A stretch of DNA of 32,000 bases from an uncultured archaeon (GTDB taxonomy: Archaea; Iainarchaeota; Iainarchaeia; Iainarchaeales; Iainarchaeaceae). Each line of letters begins with the position of its first letter. The first letter of the stretch is position 1. Under the pieces are notes generated by a model. That model was not told where the DNA came from. It did not search any database and saw nothing but the letters and a program-made list of their open reading frames with translations. The position numbers and the translations under genes are program-made. The DNA is taken from positions 30,001 through 62,000 of the forward strand of contig CAZNZM010000001.1 in the NCBI GenBank assembly GCA_964577555.1. Direction: 5' to 3'. This document shows, piece by piece, positions 1-9,128 of the stretch.

Positions 1-210
1 AAAAAAAGGCTTGTAAAGAAAGACGTTGTCTTGGCAAGAGTTGCAACAGTAAGCCTGAAAGGCACAATAGCAAACTCCAAAGTAGGGCTTACTATGAGAC
101 AATTAGGATTAGGAAAACCTGAATGGTTAAAAATTGATTTAAAAGAAAAAGCAAAGAAAAAAGAAAAAACAGACAAAACTGAAAAAAAGGAAAAACAAAA
201 AAAGGAGTGA
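1..210 (+). CDS. rpo7: DNA-directed RNA polymerase subunit Rpo7 (RpoE'), C-terminal part; 5' end outside window
   Basis: Open frame 1 from the window start to TGA 208-210, translating to ...LARVATVSLKGTIANSKVGLTMRQLGLGKPEWLK..., the typical Rpo7 C-terminus; followed directly by Spt4/RpoE''. Confidence 0.8.
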   Translation, partial: KKRLVKKDVVLARVATVSLKGTIANSKVGLTMRQLGLGKPEWLKIDLKEKAKKKEKTDKTEKKEKQKKE

Positions 211-213
211 AAA

Positions 214-414
214 ATGATGAGACAGGAAAAAGCATGCAGGAGTTGCAGATACGTGCTTGAAGATAACAGTAATGTTTGCCCTGTTTGCGGCTCCAACCAA
301 TTCACAACTTTTTGGAGAGGATACACTATAATACTAAACCCTGAAAAGTCCGAAATAGGACAAAAAATGGGAATAACAAAAGCAGGAAAATATGCATTAA
401 GACTGAGCAGGTGA
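214..414 (+). CDS. spt4: Transcription elongation factor Spt4 / RpoE''
   Basis: 66 aa zinc-ribbon: ACRSCRYVLEDNSNVCPVCGSNQFTTFWRGYTIILNPEKSEIGQKMGI; adjacent to rpo7. Confidence 0.93.
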   Translation: MMRQEKACRSCRYVLEDNSNVCPVCGSNQFTTFWRGYTIILNPEKSEIGQKMGITKAGKYALRLSR

Positions 415-420
415 AAAAAA

Positions 421-735
421 ATGGATGTTGAAATAATTTCAAGAAAAGAAAACAAAATATTAAACAGGCAAGAAGTTGGATTTTTGGTAAAAGGCGCAGG
501 TGCGACGCCTTCAAGAAAAGAATTAAGAGAAAAAATCGCGGCGCTACTCAATGCCGACGAAAAAACAATTATTGTAGACGTGCTCAAAACAAGTTATGGT
601 TCAACCGAATTAAAAGGAATTGCAAGAATATACAAAAACAAAAAAGATTTGGAAAGACTTGAACTTTCATACGTGATTGCAAGAAATTTTCCTGAAGAAA
701 AGAAAACAACCGCAACCACGGCTCCAAACAAGTAA
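421..735 (+). CDS. rps24e: 30S ribosomal protein S24e (eS24)
   Basis: [25 protein letters not shown]...[16 protein letters not shown].. matches the S24e family. Confidence 0.92.
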   Translation: MDVEIISRKENKILNRQEVGFLVKGAGATPSRKELREKIAALLNADEKTIIVDVLKTSYGSTELKGIARIYKNKKDLERLELSYVIARNFPEEKKTTATTAPNK

Positions 736-749
736 AGGCGGTAATTGGC

Positions 750-932
750 ATGGCTGAAAAAACAAAAACACAAAAAGAATCAACCAAACAAAAAAAAGCG
801 GATTATTATAAAATTGAAGGCGAAAAACTGGCAAGAAAAAAATATTGTCCTAAATGTGGCCCCGGCGTTTTCATGGCAGAACATGAAAAACGCAACCACT
901 GCGGAAAATGCGGTTATACGGAATTCAAGTGA
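750..932 (+). CDS. rps27ae: 30S ribosomal protein S27ae (eS31)
   Basis: Zn-finger [41 protein letters not shown]; adjacent to S24e. Confidence 0.93.
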   Translation: MAEKTKTQKESTKQKKADYYKIEGEKLARKKYCPKCGPGVFMAEHEKRNHCGKCGYTEFK

Positions 933-941
933 GGAACGCCA

Positions 942-1499
942 ATGCAATGGTGGCTTCAATTCCTGATTTTAGACTTTTTGCTTATAGCCACTCCTTTGGC
1001 TTACATTACATTTTTTGAAAGAAAAAAAATTTCAATAAAAAATATTAAAAAAGAATTCGGCTTGGAAAAAGGAGACATAAAAAAAGATTTGATTTTGTCA
1101 ATGCAAATATTCCTAAGCTTGATTGTCTTTTCAGCCGCCATATCATTTATTTTAAATCTTGCAGGATTCAACGACTTCAACCCTGTTAAAGATGCCATTA
1201 CAAACATAGTGCAATCAGAAAATTGGTTTTGGCTCACAAGTTATATTTTTACTATAAGGGTTTTTGGAGAAGAGTTTTTTTTCAGGGCGTTTTTAGTTCC
1301 AAGAATGGGGTTTTTTATCCCTGCATTGCTTTTCGGGGCAATGCACATAACGTACGGCTCCATTGCTGAATTCATAGGCGCTACTTTATTGGGCTTGATT
1401 CTTGGAATAGCATATGCTGAAAAAAAAAGACTTTTGTCAAATTTTGTGGCACACACAATTTACAACCTCGTAGTATTTTTTATTGTCCTGAAAATATGA
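942..1499 (+). CDS. CPBP-family (CAAX-like) intramembrane glutamic endopeptidase
   Basis: Multi-TM protein with the EExxxR motif (FGEEFFFRAFLVPR) and a downstream FGAMH motif. Confidence 0.85.
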   Translation: MQWWLQFLILDFLLIATPLAYITFFERKKISIKNIKKEFGLEKGDIKKDLILSMQIFLSLIVFSAAISFILNLAGFNDFNPVKDAITNIVQSENWFWLTSYIFTIRVFGEEFFFRAFLVPRMGFFIPALLFGAMHITYGSIAEFIGATLLGLILGIAYAEKKRLLSNFVAHTIYNLVVFFIVLKI

Positions 1500-1572
1500 G
1501 CCAAACTAAAAAAAAAATTTAATCTTATAAAAAAAACAATTATTTTAAAATTGAAAAATTCGCGGCGATAAA

Positions 1573-2589
1573 ATGAAAACAATAATAATCAGAATGAAAA
1601 AAAACAAGCCTGACAAAGAAAAAATAAAAATTGCGGCAAAAATAATCGCAAAAGGCGGGATAGTGGCTTTTCCAACGGAAACTGTTTATGGGCTTGGAGC
1701 AAATGCATTAAACGAAAAATCTGTGGCAAAAATATTCAAAGTAAAAGGCCGGCCTGCCGACAATCCTATAATAGTTCATGTTTCTTCAATTGAAGAAGCT
1801 GAAAAACTTGCTATGGAAATTAATCCAACAGCAAAAAAACTCGTAAAAAAGTTTTGGCCTGGTCCACTCACCATAATAGTAAAAGGCTCTGGAATTTTGC
1901 CGAAAAATGTTACTGCAGGACTAACAACAGTTGCTTTAAGAATGCCTTCAAACAAAATAGCGCTTGAATTGATAAAAGAAAGCAATTGTCCTATTGCTGC
2001 TCCTTCTGCAAACATTTCTGGAAAGCCAAGTGCAACAAACGGAAGCCATGCAATCAAAGATTTTAACGGAAAAATTGATGCGATAATAGACGCTGGAACA
2101 ACCGATATAGGAATAGAATCAACAGTAGTTGATGTAACAGGAAAAACCCCGATTATTTTGAGACCGGGAAAAATAACTTTGGAACAAATAACCAAAGTTT
2201 GCGGTTTTGCAATTGCTAACTCAGAAAATTCAAAAAACAAAAAACCGAAATCGCCAGGAATGAAATACAGACATTATGCTCCTGAAGCTAATGTAATAAT
2301 TTTAGAACCGAAAATCAAAAATTTGAAAGAAATGATCAAGGAAATTGAAAAAAAAGCCGAAGGAAAGACCGCAATAATAACTTGCAACAAAAAATTCGCA
2401 AAAAAACTGAAAAAAAAATATTATTGCATTTATGCAGGCAGAATTGCAAAAGACCTTGCAAAAATAATGTTCAACGAATTTAGGAAATTGGATGAAGAAA
2501 ATTATAAAACAATAATAGTTCAAGGATTTGAAGAAAAAGGCTTTGGAGCTGCTGTAATGAACAGGCTTAAAAAAGCAAGTTTGAAATAA
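1573..2589 (+). CDS. sua5: L-threonylcarbamoyladenylate synthase, TsaC/Sua5 family with C-terminal Sua5 domain
   Basis: YrdC core (GGIVAFPTETVYGLGANALNE, KGRPADNPIIVHV, KKFWPGPLTIIVK, APSANISGKPSATN) plus SPGMKYRHYAPEA linker/Sua5 domain. Confidence 0.93.
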   Translation: MKTIIIRMKKNKPDKEKIKIAAKIIAKGGIVAFPTETVYGLGANALNEKSVAKIFKVKGRPADNPIIVHVSSIEEAEKLAMEINPTAKKLVKKFWPGPLTIIVKGSGILPKNVTAGLTTVALRMPSNKIALELIKESNCPIAAPSANISGKPSATNGSHAIKDFNGKIDAIIDAGTTDIGIESTVVDVTGKTPIILRPGKITLEQITKVCGFAIANSENSKNKKPKSPGMKYRHYAPEANVIILEPKIKNLKEMIKEIEKKAEGKTAIITCNKKFAKKLKKKYYCIYAGRIAKDLAKIMFNEFRKLDEENYKTIIVQGFEEKGFGAAVMNRLKKASLK

Positions 2590-2652
2590 TAATTTGGTTT
2601 TGAGCGGAAAACAAAAAAGAGAGCATTAAAAAAAATTAATTTTGGATTGTTA

Positions 2653-2660
2653 TTTATATA
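2653..2660 (+). promoter_or_regulatory. Putative TATA box for kae1
   Basis: TTTATATA about 30 nt upstream of the kae1 ATG (2689), consistent with an archaeal promoter and a very short leader. Confidence 0.5.
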
Positions 2661-2688
2661 TTAATTTATTCGGATTATATGGTTTTTT

Positions 2689-3672
2689 ATGAAAAAAATT
2701 TGCCTTGGGCTTGAAGGAACTGCCCATACTGCTGGAGCAGGCATTGTTGATGAAAACTGCAAAGTGCTTGCCAATGTTAAACATTCACATACAACAAAAA
2801 AAGGCGGGCTAATTCCAAGGGAATTGGCAGACCATCATTCGGAAAAATTTCCAGAAATCGTAAAAGAAGCGATTGAAAATGCCGGAATAAAATTGAATGA
2901 CGTTGATTGCATTGCTTATAGCAAAGGGCCTGGCATAGGCAATGCTTTAAGCGTTACAGCCACTGCTGCAAGAATGATCAGTCTTTTGCATGATAAGCCG
3001 ATAGTGCCTGTCAATCATTCTGTTGCACACATTGAAATTGCAAAAAAAATGTGTGCAAGCAAAGACCCGTTGATACTTTATGTTTCTGGCGGAAACACAC
3101 AAATAATAGGATATGAAGCAGGAAAGTACAGGGTTTATGGAGAGACTCTCGACATAGGCGTGGGAAACCTTATTGATTCTTTTGGCAGGGATTTGGGCTT
3201 TGGTTTTCCACAGGGTCCGAAACTTGATGAAATGTATTTTATGAAAAAAAAATATATTGAATTGCCATACACTGTAAAAGGCATGGATGTACAATTTTCA
3301 GGGCTTTTGACTGCCGCGGAGAGAAAAATAGGCAAAGAACCACAAGAAGATTTGGTGTATAGCTTGATGCATAATGCTTTTGCCATGATTGTAGAGGTTG
3401 CAGAAAGAGCCCTTGCACAAACCGGAAAAAAAGAGCTTTTGCTTACTGGCGGGGTTGCGGCTTCAAATGCTTTGCGGGAAATGTGCAAAAAAATGTGCAA
3501 AAAAAGAAAAATTGCATTCAAGATTTGTCCAGAAGAGTATGCAACAGATAATGGCGCAATGATTGCTTGGGCTGGATTGTTGAAATTCAAATCAGGTGTT
3601 TTTGTCAAGCCTGAAAACGCTGAAATAGAACAGGATTTTAGAGTGGATTTGGAAGAAGTTACTTGGACTTGA
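2689..3672 (+). CDS. kae1: tRNA N6-adenosine threonylcarbamoyltransferase Kae1 (KEOPS subunit), not fused to Bud32
   Basis: ICLGLEGTAHTAGAGIVDE, PVNHSVAHIEIAK, LYVSGGNTQIIGY, DQ/PQGPKLDEM and LLTGGVAASNALREM motifs; the ORF ends after the Kae1 domain. Confidence 0.95.
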   Translation: MKKICLGLEGTAHTAGAGIVDENCKVLANVKHSHTTKKGGLIPRELADHHSEKFPEIVKEAIENAGIKLNDVDCIAYSKGPGIGNALSVTATAARMISLLHDKPIVPVNHSVAHIEIAKKMCASKDPLILYVSGGNTQIIGYEAGKYRVYGETLDIGVGNLIDSFGRDLGFGFPQGPKLDEMYFMKKKYIELPYTVKGMDVQFSGLLTAAERKIGKEPQEDLVYSLMHNAFAMIVEVAERALAQTGKKELLLTGGVAASNALREMCKKMCKKRKIAFKICPEEYATDNGAMIAWAGLLKFKSGVFVKPENAEIEQDFRVDLEEVTWT

Positions 3673-3680
3673 TTAAATGC

Positions 3681-5030
3681 TTAATTTTTTCTTGAAAAAA
3701 ACAGGTGAATTGGAAAAGATGCAAGGCTTAATATTAACCCGTAAAAAATCAAAGGCAAAGAAATACCAAACAAAACCAAGGTTTCAGTCATTTGAAGTAA
3801 CATTATCAAACAAGAAATAAAGCCAAACATGGAAAGCAATGGTATCTTTCCTATGTTGAAAGGCATTCTGAAATGTTCTTTTGAAGTAACATGTTTAAAC
3901 CTGCAAGCTATTGCTGAAAGATTAACCAATGCAAACATCGTGAATATGAAATAATTTGAAAGCAAAGCTATTTTCTTTATGTCATCAATAAAAAGAAGGA
4001 AAATTGAAACTGACATTATGAATAATATTGCAATGTAAGGAGAATTGGTTTTTGTTTCCAGTGCTTGAAAATTTTCCGGCAATTCGTGTTGCTTTGATAA
4101 ACCATAAAGCATTCTGCTGGCTACAAGAACAAGGACAAGAACAGTATTTGATGTAGCAAATATTCCTATTAGGCTTAACAATACTCCGGCATTTGCTCCA
4201 AAAGATTGTTCAGCAACCGCTGCAAGTGGATTGGCTTTTTTGGAAAGCTCTTGCCATGGCATTATATTTACCACTGAAATTGCCGCTAGACAGTAAAGCA
4301 AAGTAGAGAATGCAAGGGAAAAAAGAACTGCTTTTGGAATGTTTCTGGAAGCGTTTTTTGTTTCTTCTGAAATATTTGCTATTTGTTCAAACCCTACAAA
4401 TGCAAAGAAAATGAGCGAAGCGGCGGACAATATTGATGTAATGAAATCAGTGTTTGGCGGAATTTCCAGCAAATCCGCTTTTCCGATATAACCTAAACCG
4501 AAAAATATTATTAGGATTATTCCTAAAGATTCTATGAGTGTGGCAAAAAAATTGAATTTTGCCGATTCTTTTATGCCAAGGTAATTTATAAAACTGACTA
4601 GCATAATAAGCGCTATTGCAGAGCCAATTATTGGAAATCTGAAAAGGCCGTTAAGGTATCCTGCAAAGCCAAGTGCAACAACCGAGATAGAAAAAATGTT
4701 AGCCAATATTGCCGAGTAAGAAGTAAAAAAAGCCAAAAAATTTGAACCAAAAGCGTGTTTTACGAATACGAATTCAGCAGCAGTTTTTGGAAAAACTGAT
4801 GAAAGTTCGGCATAGCTCATGGCAGTAAAACCTGCAATTATTGCGGCTATCACAAATGATAACCATGTAGCATTGCCTGCTATTCCTGATGCTTCGCCTA
4901 TAAGAGCATAAATTCCAGCTCCTATTATTACGCCAACTCCGTAAAACATTGCATCAAAAAATGAGAGGGATTTTTTCAAATGCACCGGATTTTTGAATTT
5001 TAAAGCCATTAAATCACACGAATTTTTCAT
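3681..5030 (-). CDS. APC-superfamily amino acid permease
   Basis: 449 aa with about 12 hydrophobic segments and GVIIGAGIYALIGEASGIAGN near the N-terminus. The likely start is the internal ATG at 5009 (MALKFKNP). Confidence 0.88.
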   Translation of the reverse strand: MKNSCDLMALKFKNPVHLKKSLSFFDAMFYGVGVIIGAGIYALIGEASGIAGNATWLSFVIAAIIAGFTAMSYAELSSVFPKTAAEFVFVKHAFGSNFLAFFTSYSAILANIFSISVVALGFAGYLNGLFRFPIIGSAIALIMLVSFINYLGIKESAKFNFFATLIESLGIILIIFFGLGYIGKADLLEIPPNTDFITSILSAASLIFFAFVGFEQIANISEETKNASRNIPKAVLFSLAFSTLLYCLAAISVVNIMPWQELSKKANPLAAVAEQSFGANAGVLLSLIGIFATSNTVLVLVLVASRMLYGLSKQHELPENFQALETKTNSPYIAILFIMSVSIFLLFIDDIKKIALLSNYFIFTMFALVNLSAIACRFKHVTSKEHFRMPFNIGKIPLLSMFGFISCLIMLLQMTETLVLFGISLPLIFYGLILSLASFPIHLFFSRKN

Positions 5031-5487
5031 TTATATAAAAATAAAGCGGTATTGAAAGTATAGCTAAAAAAAGAATAAAATTGAATGGATAAGGCAAAGT
5101 GTTTATTGACTTGTTTTGGTAAATATAAGCTGAAACAACTATTATTGCAAAAATAAATAACTCAAAAAAAACTATTTTAAGGGACGATTTTCTTTTTGCA
5201 ACTTTTAATTTTCTGAAGTTGCTGGTGTAATTGTAGAAATGAAGTGCCGCGAATATTATTGCTCCGGTGATAATAAAATTGAAAGGCGGGTCAATCTTGT
5301 TAGTGGCAGGATCTATGTAAACCAAAAAAGCGAAAAGAACCGCCATTGCAAGAATAAATTCCAAGATTATAAGGGCAGTGTATTGTAAATCTTTTAGCTT
5401 GGACAATTTTTGTATTGCCTTTTCAATAATCAAATTAGTAGCATCCCACCCAATTAAAATGTCAAATTTTTTTCCCATAATAATCAA
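5014..5487 (-). CDS. Hypothetical membrane protein
   Basis: 157 aa ORF with about 4 hydrophobic segments, directly upstream of the permease on the same strand. Confidence 0.65.
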   Translation of the reverse strand: MIIMGKKFDILIGWDATNLIIEKAIQKLSKLKDLQYTALIILEFILAMAVLFAFLVYIDPATNKIDPPFNFIITGAIIFAALHFYNYTSNFRKLKVAKRKSSLKIVFFELFIFAIIVVSAYIYQNKSINTLPYPFNFILFLAILSIPLYFYINEKFV

Positions 5488-5524
5488 TTTAGTTTATACT
5501 GGCATATATTTATTTTGGTGACAA

Positions 5525-6060
5525 TTTTTGGGAATTTTTTATTAATAAAAAAAGTAAAAGCAAAATTAATGTAAACAATTAAAAACAATAAAATTGCATA
5601 AAAACGGCTCACAAAAAACAACATAGACAACGCCTAAAAAAAAACCAAAAAAACTTGGCTCGCCAAAAAAAACGCCAAACAAAACAAAAGACTGCTCAAA
5701 ATAAAAAAAATACAAAAAAATGGCCAAACACAAAAAACTATAAAATCAAAAAAAAACGGCTCACAAAACAAACAACAAAAAAAATAAATTCCAAATAAAA
5801 AACAAATCACTCTACAAAAAAAATGACAAAAAAACGGCTCGGAAAAAACAATTCAAAAAAAAATGACAAAAAAAACTTGACTCGCCAAAAAAAACAAACA
5901 AAAAAAACAAATTCAAATTTTAGAACAAAAAAAACCTGTCAAAAAAATAACAGCCAAAACAAAGACAAAAAAAATTAAAAATCACAAAATAAAAAAAACA
6001 AATTGTCAAAAAAACAAGTAAGCCCTAAACAAAATCAAGCATACAAAAAGGCGAAAAAAT
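5525..6060. repeat. A-rich, G-poor intergenic tract with degenerate repeats of a YGGCTCRCMAAAA-like motif
   Basis: Copies at about 5604 (ACGGCTCACAAAA), 5655 (TTGGCTCGCCAAAA), 5756 (ACGGCTCACAAAA), 5834 (ACGGCTCGGAAAA) and 5877 (TTGACTCGCCAAAA), plus recurring AAATGACAAAAAAA. Confidence 0.6.
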
Positions 6061-6084
6061 TAAGGATGAATTGTCTTAAAAAAA

Positions 6085-6540
6085 TTATTTTTGGTTGCTT
6101 GATTCTATGCCGAGTTGTTCGTCAAGTTCTTGCGCTACTTTTTTCATTCTTGAAAATATTCTGTCAATGTCATCCTCTAATTCCTCAATTATCCTATAAA
6201 CGGATTTTGATCTGGATTGATAATATCTTCCATTCTTTACTATAAGGCCAGAGCGAATAAGATTATTCAAATGGTTAACAACCGCGCCCCTGCTCATGCC
6301 AATTTTCTGCACTATTTCGGCTGAGGTAATAGGCCTTCCTTCTTCAGTGGCTTTGAAAATTTCCCTGAAAATTGCTGCTGCAGTCCTTTCGCGGTCTATT
6401 GGTTCAAAAAACCCGAGAGATTGACAAATCCATTCAAATTCAGCTACAGGGTCGTTAGAAAAAGGGCGTTCAACACGTTTCACTACAATTCTGAAAGATT
6501 CTCGCCTCAAAGTCATAAAAATGCAAATAAGCAAAAACAT
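6085..6540 (-). CDS. Winged-helix/HTH transcriptional regulator
   Basis: EEGRPITSAEIVQKIGMSRGAVVNHLNNLIRSGLIVKNGRYYQSRSKSV looks like a wHTH domain, followed by a coiled C-terminal region. A probable start is the internal ATG giving MTLRRESF. Confidence 0.8.
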   Translation of the reverse strand: MFLLICIFMTLRRESFRIVVKRVERPFSNDPVAEFEWICQSLGFFEPIDRERTAAAIFREIFKATEEGRPITSAEIVQKIGMSRGAVVNHLNNLIRSGLIVKNGRYYQSRSKSVYRIIEELEDDIDRIFSRMKKVAQELDEQLGIESSNQK

Positions 6541-6562
6541 TTAAAAAAGTTTTGATTAAAAA

Positions 6563-6592
6563 TTTTAGTTATTAACTAAAAAATTTAGTTAA
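6563..6592. promoter_or_regulatory. Candidate operator between the HTH regulator and grpE
   Basis: Perfect palindrome TTTTAGTTA-T-TAACTAAAA (6563-6581), followed by another TTAGTTA half-site at 6585, 20 nt from the first. Confidence 0.5.
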
Positions 6593-6602
6593 TTTTTAAG
6601 GA

Positions 6603-7142
6603 TTGGTGGTTGAATTGGAAAATAAAAACAATGGGCGCAAAGAAAATAAAATTAATGAAGAAAAACAGGAAAACCCGTTGAATGAACGCGATAAAGAATT
6701 GGAAGAACTTAGGCAAAAAAGCAATGAATACAAGGAAACCTTGCAAAGGTTGCAAGCAGACTTTGAAAATTTCAGAAAAAGGCTTGACAAAGAAAGGGAT
6801 GATTATAGAAAATTAGCTGGTGCAAAAGTAATAAGCGATTTCCTGCCACTGTATGACACTCTTAACGAAGCGGTCAAACAGGCTGAAAAATCCAAAAATG
6901 AAGAGTTGAAATCGGGAATGCAAAAAGTACTTGCCCAGTTTTTGCAAATATTGCGTTCAAACGGAGTTGAAGAAATAAACACTGAAGGAAAAAAATTTGA
7001 TTTGGAAATGCACGAATGCATAATGACTGGAAATGACAAGGACAAAGAGGACGGAATAGTTTTGGAAGAATTCCAAAAAGGATTTACAATTAACGGCTTT
7101 GTATTAAGGCCTGCAAAAGTGAAAATCAACAAAAAAGGGTGA
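6603..7142 (+). CDS. grpE: Nucleotide exchange factor GrpE
   Basis: YKETLQRLQADFENFRKRLDKERDDYRKLAGAKVISDFLPLYDTLNEAVK... plus C-terminal VLRPAKVKI; precedes dnaK. The true start may be TTG at 6615 after a GGTGG Shine-Dalgarno-like sequence. Confidence 0.92.
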   Translation: MVVELENKNNGRKENKINEEKQENPLNERDKELEELRQKSNEYKETLQRLQADFENFRKRLDKERDDYRKLAGAKVISDFLPLYDTLNEAVKQAEKSKNEELKSGMQKVLAQFLQILRSNGVEEINTEGKKFDLEMHECIMTGNDKDKEDGIVLEEFQKGFTINGFVLRPAKVKINKKG

Positions 7143-7146
7143 AGAA

Positions 7147-7257
7147 ATGAAAAAAATAGAATGCAAAAAAGAAACAAAGGAAGAAAAGGAAACATATCAA
7201 CACATTCCCAAAGCAAGGGAAAAAATAAATTTTTTTGACGTTTATGAGGGGTGGTGA
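7147..7257 (+). CDS. Candidate small protein (36 aa) between grpE and dnaK
   Basis: ATG 7147, TGA 7255-7257: [42 protein letters not shown] lies 4 nt upstream. Absent from the supplied ORF track because of its length. Confidence 0.4.
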   Translation: MKKIECKKETKEEKETYQHIPKAREKINFFDVYEGW

Positions 7258-9107
7258 AAATGACTAAAATAATAGGCATAGACCTTGGAACATCAAACTC
7301 GGCAGCGGCTTTTTTGGAGGCCGGAAAGCCAAGAATAATACCAAGTGCTGAGGGAAACACAATGTACGGAAAAGCTTTCCCAAGCGTTGTGGCGTTTACA
7401 AAAGACGGCCAGGTTCTTGTCGGAGAGCCGGCAAGAAGGCAGGCGATATCAAACCCAGAAATGACTTTTACCGGTTTCAAAAGAAAAATGGGAACAAATT
7501 ACAAATATAAAGTCGGGGAAAAAGAATATACGCCTCAACAATTATCAGCATACGTGCTTCAAAAAATCAAAAAAGACGCTGAAGCATTTTTGGGGGAAAA
7601 AATAGAAAAAGCGGTTATCACGGTTCCGGCTTATTTTGATGACAACCAAAGACAAGCCACGAAAGATGCTGGAAAAATCGCGGGGTTGGAAGTGATAAGG
7701 ATAATAAACGAGCCAACAGCTGCATCTTTAGCTTATGGTCTTGACAAAATGAAAAAGAACTTCAAAATACTGGTATTTGACTTGGGCGGAGGAACCCTTG
7801 ACGTTACTGTAATGGATTATGAGGAAGGAGTATTTGAAGTAAAAAGTACTTCTGGAGACACGCAACTTGGCGGCAGAGACATGGATGAAGCAATTATAAA
7901 TTACATTGTAAAAGACTTCAAAGCAAAAGAAGGCATAGACCTTACAAAAGACGCAACGGCAATGCAACGTGTCAGAGAAGCGGCTGAAAAAGCCAAAATA
8001 GAGCTTTCAAGCGTCCTTGAAACCGAAATAAATTTGCCATACATTACAGCCACAAACGAAGGACCTAAACACTTAATCATGAAAATGAACAGAGCAAAAC
8101 TCGAAGAGCTTGTTGACCCTATTGTGAAAAGATGCTTGAAGCCTGTGCAACAAGCGCTTGCGGACGCAAAAATGACTCCTTCTGATATAGACAAAATAAT
8201 TCTTGTTGGCGGGCCGACAAGAATGCCAATAATCCAAAAGTTCATTGAAAAAGAAATAGGCACCAAAGTTGAAAGGGGAATTGATCCGATGGAATGCGTT
8301 GCGGCTGGAGCCGCAATACAAGGTGGGGTCCTGGCTGGAGAAATAAAAGACGTATTGCTGTTGGATGTTACCCCGTTGAGTTTGGGCATTGAAACTCTTG
8401 GCGGAGTTTTCACAAAACTTATTGAAAGAAATACAACAATCCCGACCAAAAAAAGCCAAATTTTTTCAACGGCATCAGACAACCAACCAGCAGTTGATAT
8501 ACATGTTTTGCAAGGCGAAAGGCCTCTTGCAAAAGACAACAAAGAGTTGGGAAGATTCCAATTAGTTGGAATACCGCCTGCACCAAGAGGAGTGCCACAA
8601 ATAGAAGTCACTTTTGACATAGATGCAAATGGTATAGTCAATGTCAGTGCAAAAGACCTTGGCACCGGCAAGGAACAAAGCATAAAAATAATAGCTTCCC
8701 AAAAGCTATCAGATGAAGAAATAAAAAGAATGCAAAAAGAAGCAGAAGAAAACTTTGAAGCTGACAGGAAGAAAATGGAAGAAATAGAAACCATAAATAA
8801 CGCGGATGCCGCGACATACAGCACTAATAAAATGCTCAACGATTTAAAGGACAAAATATCCGAATCAACTGCAAAGAAAATAAGGGAAAAAAACGAGTCT
8901 CTCAAAGGCTTGTTGAAAGAAGAGAAAAAAGACATAAGCAAAATCAAATCTGCATTAGAAGAATTGAACAAGGTTGTTCAAGAAGCTTCAACAGAGCTCT
9001 ACACCAAAGGAAAACAAAGTCAAGATAATTCGGAACAGGAAAAAAAGGATAAAGACAAAAAAGACGAAAAGGTGGTAGACGCGGATTTCACCGAAGAAGA
9101 AAAATAA
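7251..9107 (+). CDS. dnaK: Molecular chaperone DnaK (Hsp70)
   Basis: [72 protein letters not shown] and [13 protein letters not shown]. The likely start is ATG at 7260, with SD GGGGTGG upstream. Confidence 0.97.
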   Translation: MVKMTKIIGIDLGTSNSAAAFLEAGKPRIIPSAEGNTMYGKAFPSVVAFTKDGQVLVGEPARRQAISNPEMTFTGFKRKMGTNYKYKVGEKEYTPQQLSAYVLQKIKKDAEAFLGEKIEKAVITVPAYFDDNQRQATKDAGKIAGLEVIRIINEPTAASLAYGLDKMKKNFKILVFDLGGGTLDVTVMDYEEGVFEVKSTSGDTQLGGRDMDEAIINYIVKDFKAKEGIDLTKDATAMQRVREAAEKAKIELSSVLETEINLPYITATNEGPKHLIMKMNRAKLEELVDPIVKRCLKPVQQALADAKMTPSDIDKIILVGGPTRMPIIQKFIEKEIGTKVERGIDPMECVAAGAAIQGGVLAGEIKDVLLLDVTPLSLGIETLGGVFTKLIERNTTIPTKKSQIFSTASDNQPAVDIHVLQGERPLAKDNKELGRFQLVGIPPAPRGVPQIEVTFDIDANGIVNVSAKDLGTGKEQSIKIIASQKLSDEEIKRMQKEAEENFEADRKKMEEIETINNADAATYSTNKMLNDLKDKISESTAKKIREKNESLKGLLKEEKKDISKIKSALEELNKVVQEASTELYTKGKQSQDNSEQEKKDKDKKDEKVVDADFTEEEK

Positions 9108-9128
9108 AATTGAATGGCAGAGGCAAAA

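Noticed and set aside
5525-6060. CRISPR array interpretation of the repeated CGGCTC / GGCTCGCC words
   Set aside because: Repeats are only about 13 nt, degenerate and irregularly spaced, and there are no unique equal-length spacers or nearby cas genes.
6003-6245. 80-aa plus-strand ORF (MSKKQVSPKQNQAYKK...)
   Set aside because: It runs from the A-rich tract into the 3' part of the clearly coding minus-strand HTH gene. The lysine-rich start is a composition artefact.
7901-8971. 356-aa minus-strand ORF antisense to dnaK (and similar long shadow ORFs antisense to valS, polC, secD and sua5)
   Set aside because: The plus-strand frame is unambiguously DnaK (or the corresponding conserved gene). 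The antisense translations are low-complexity, F/S-rich mirror artefacts without recognisable motifs or a ribosome-binding context.
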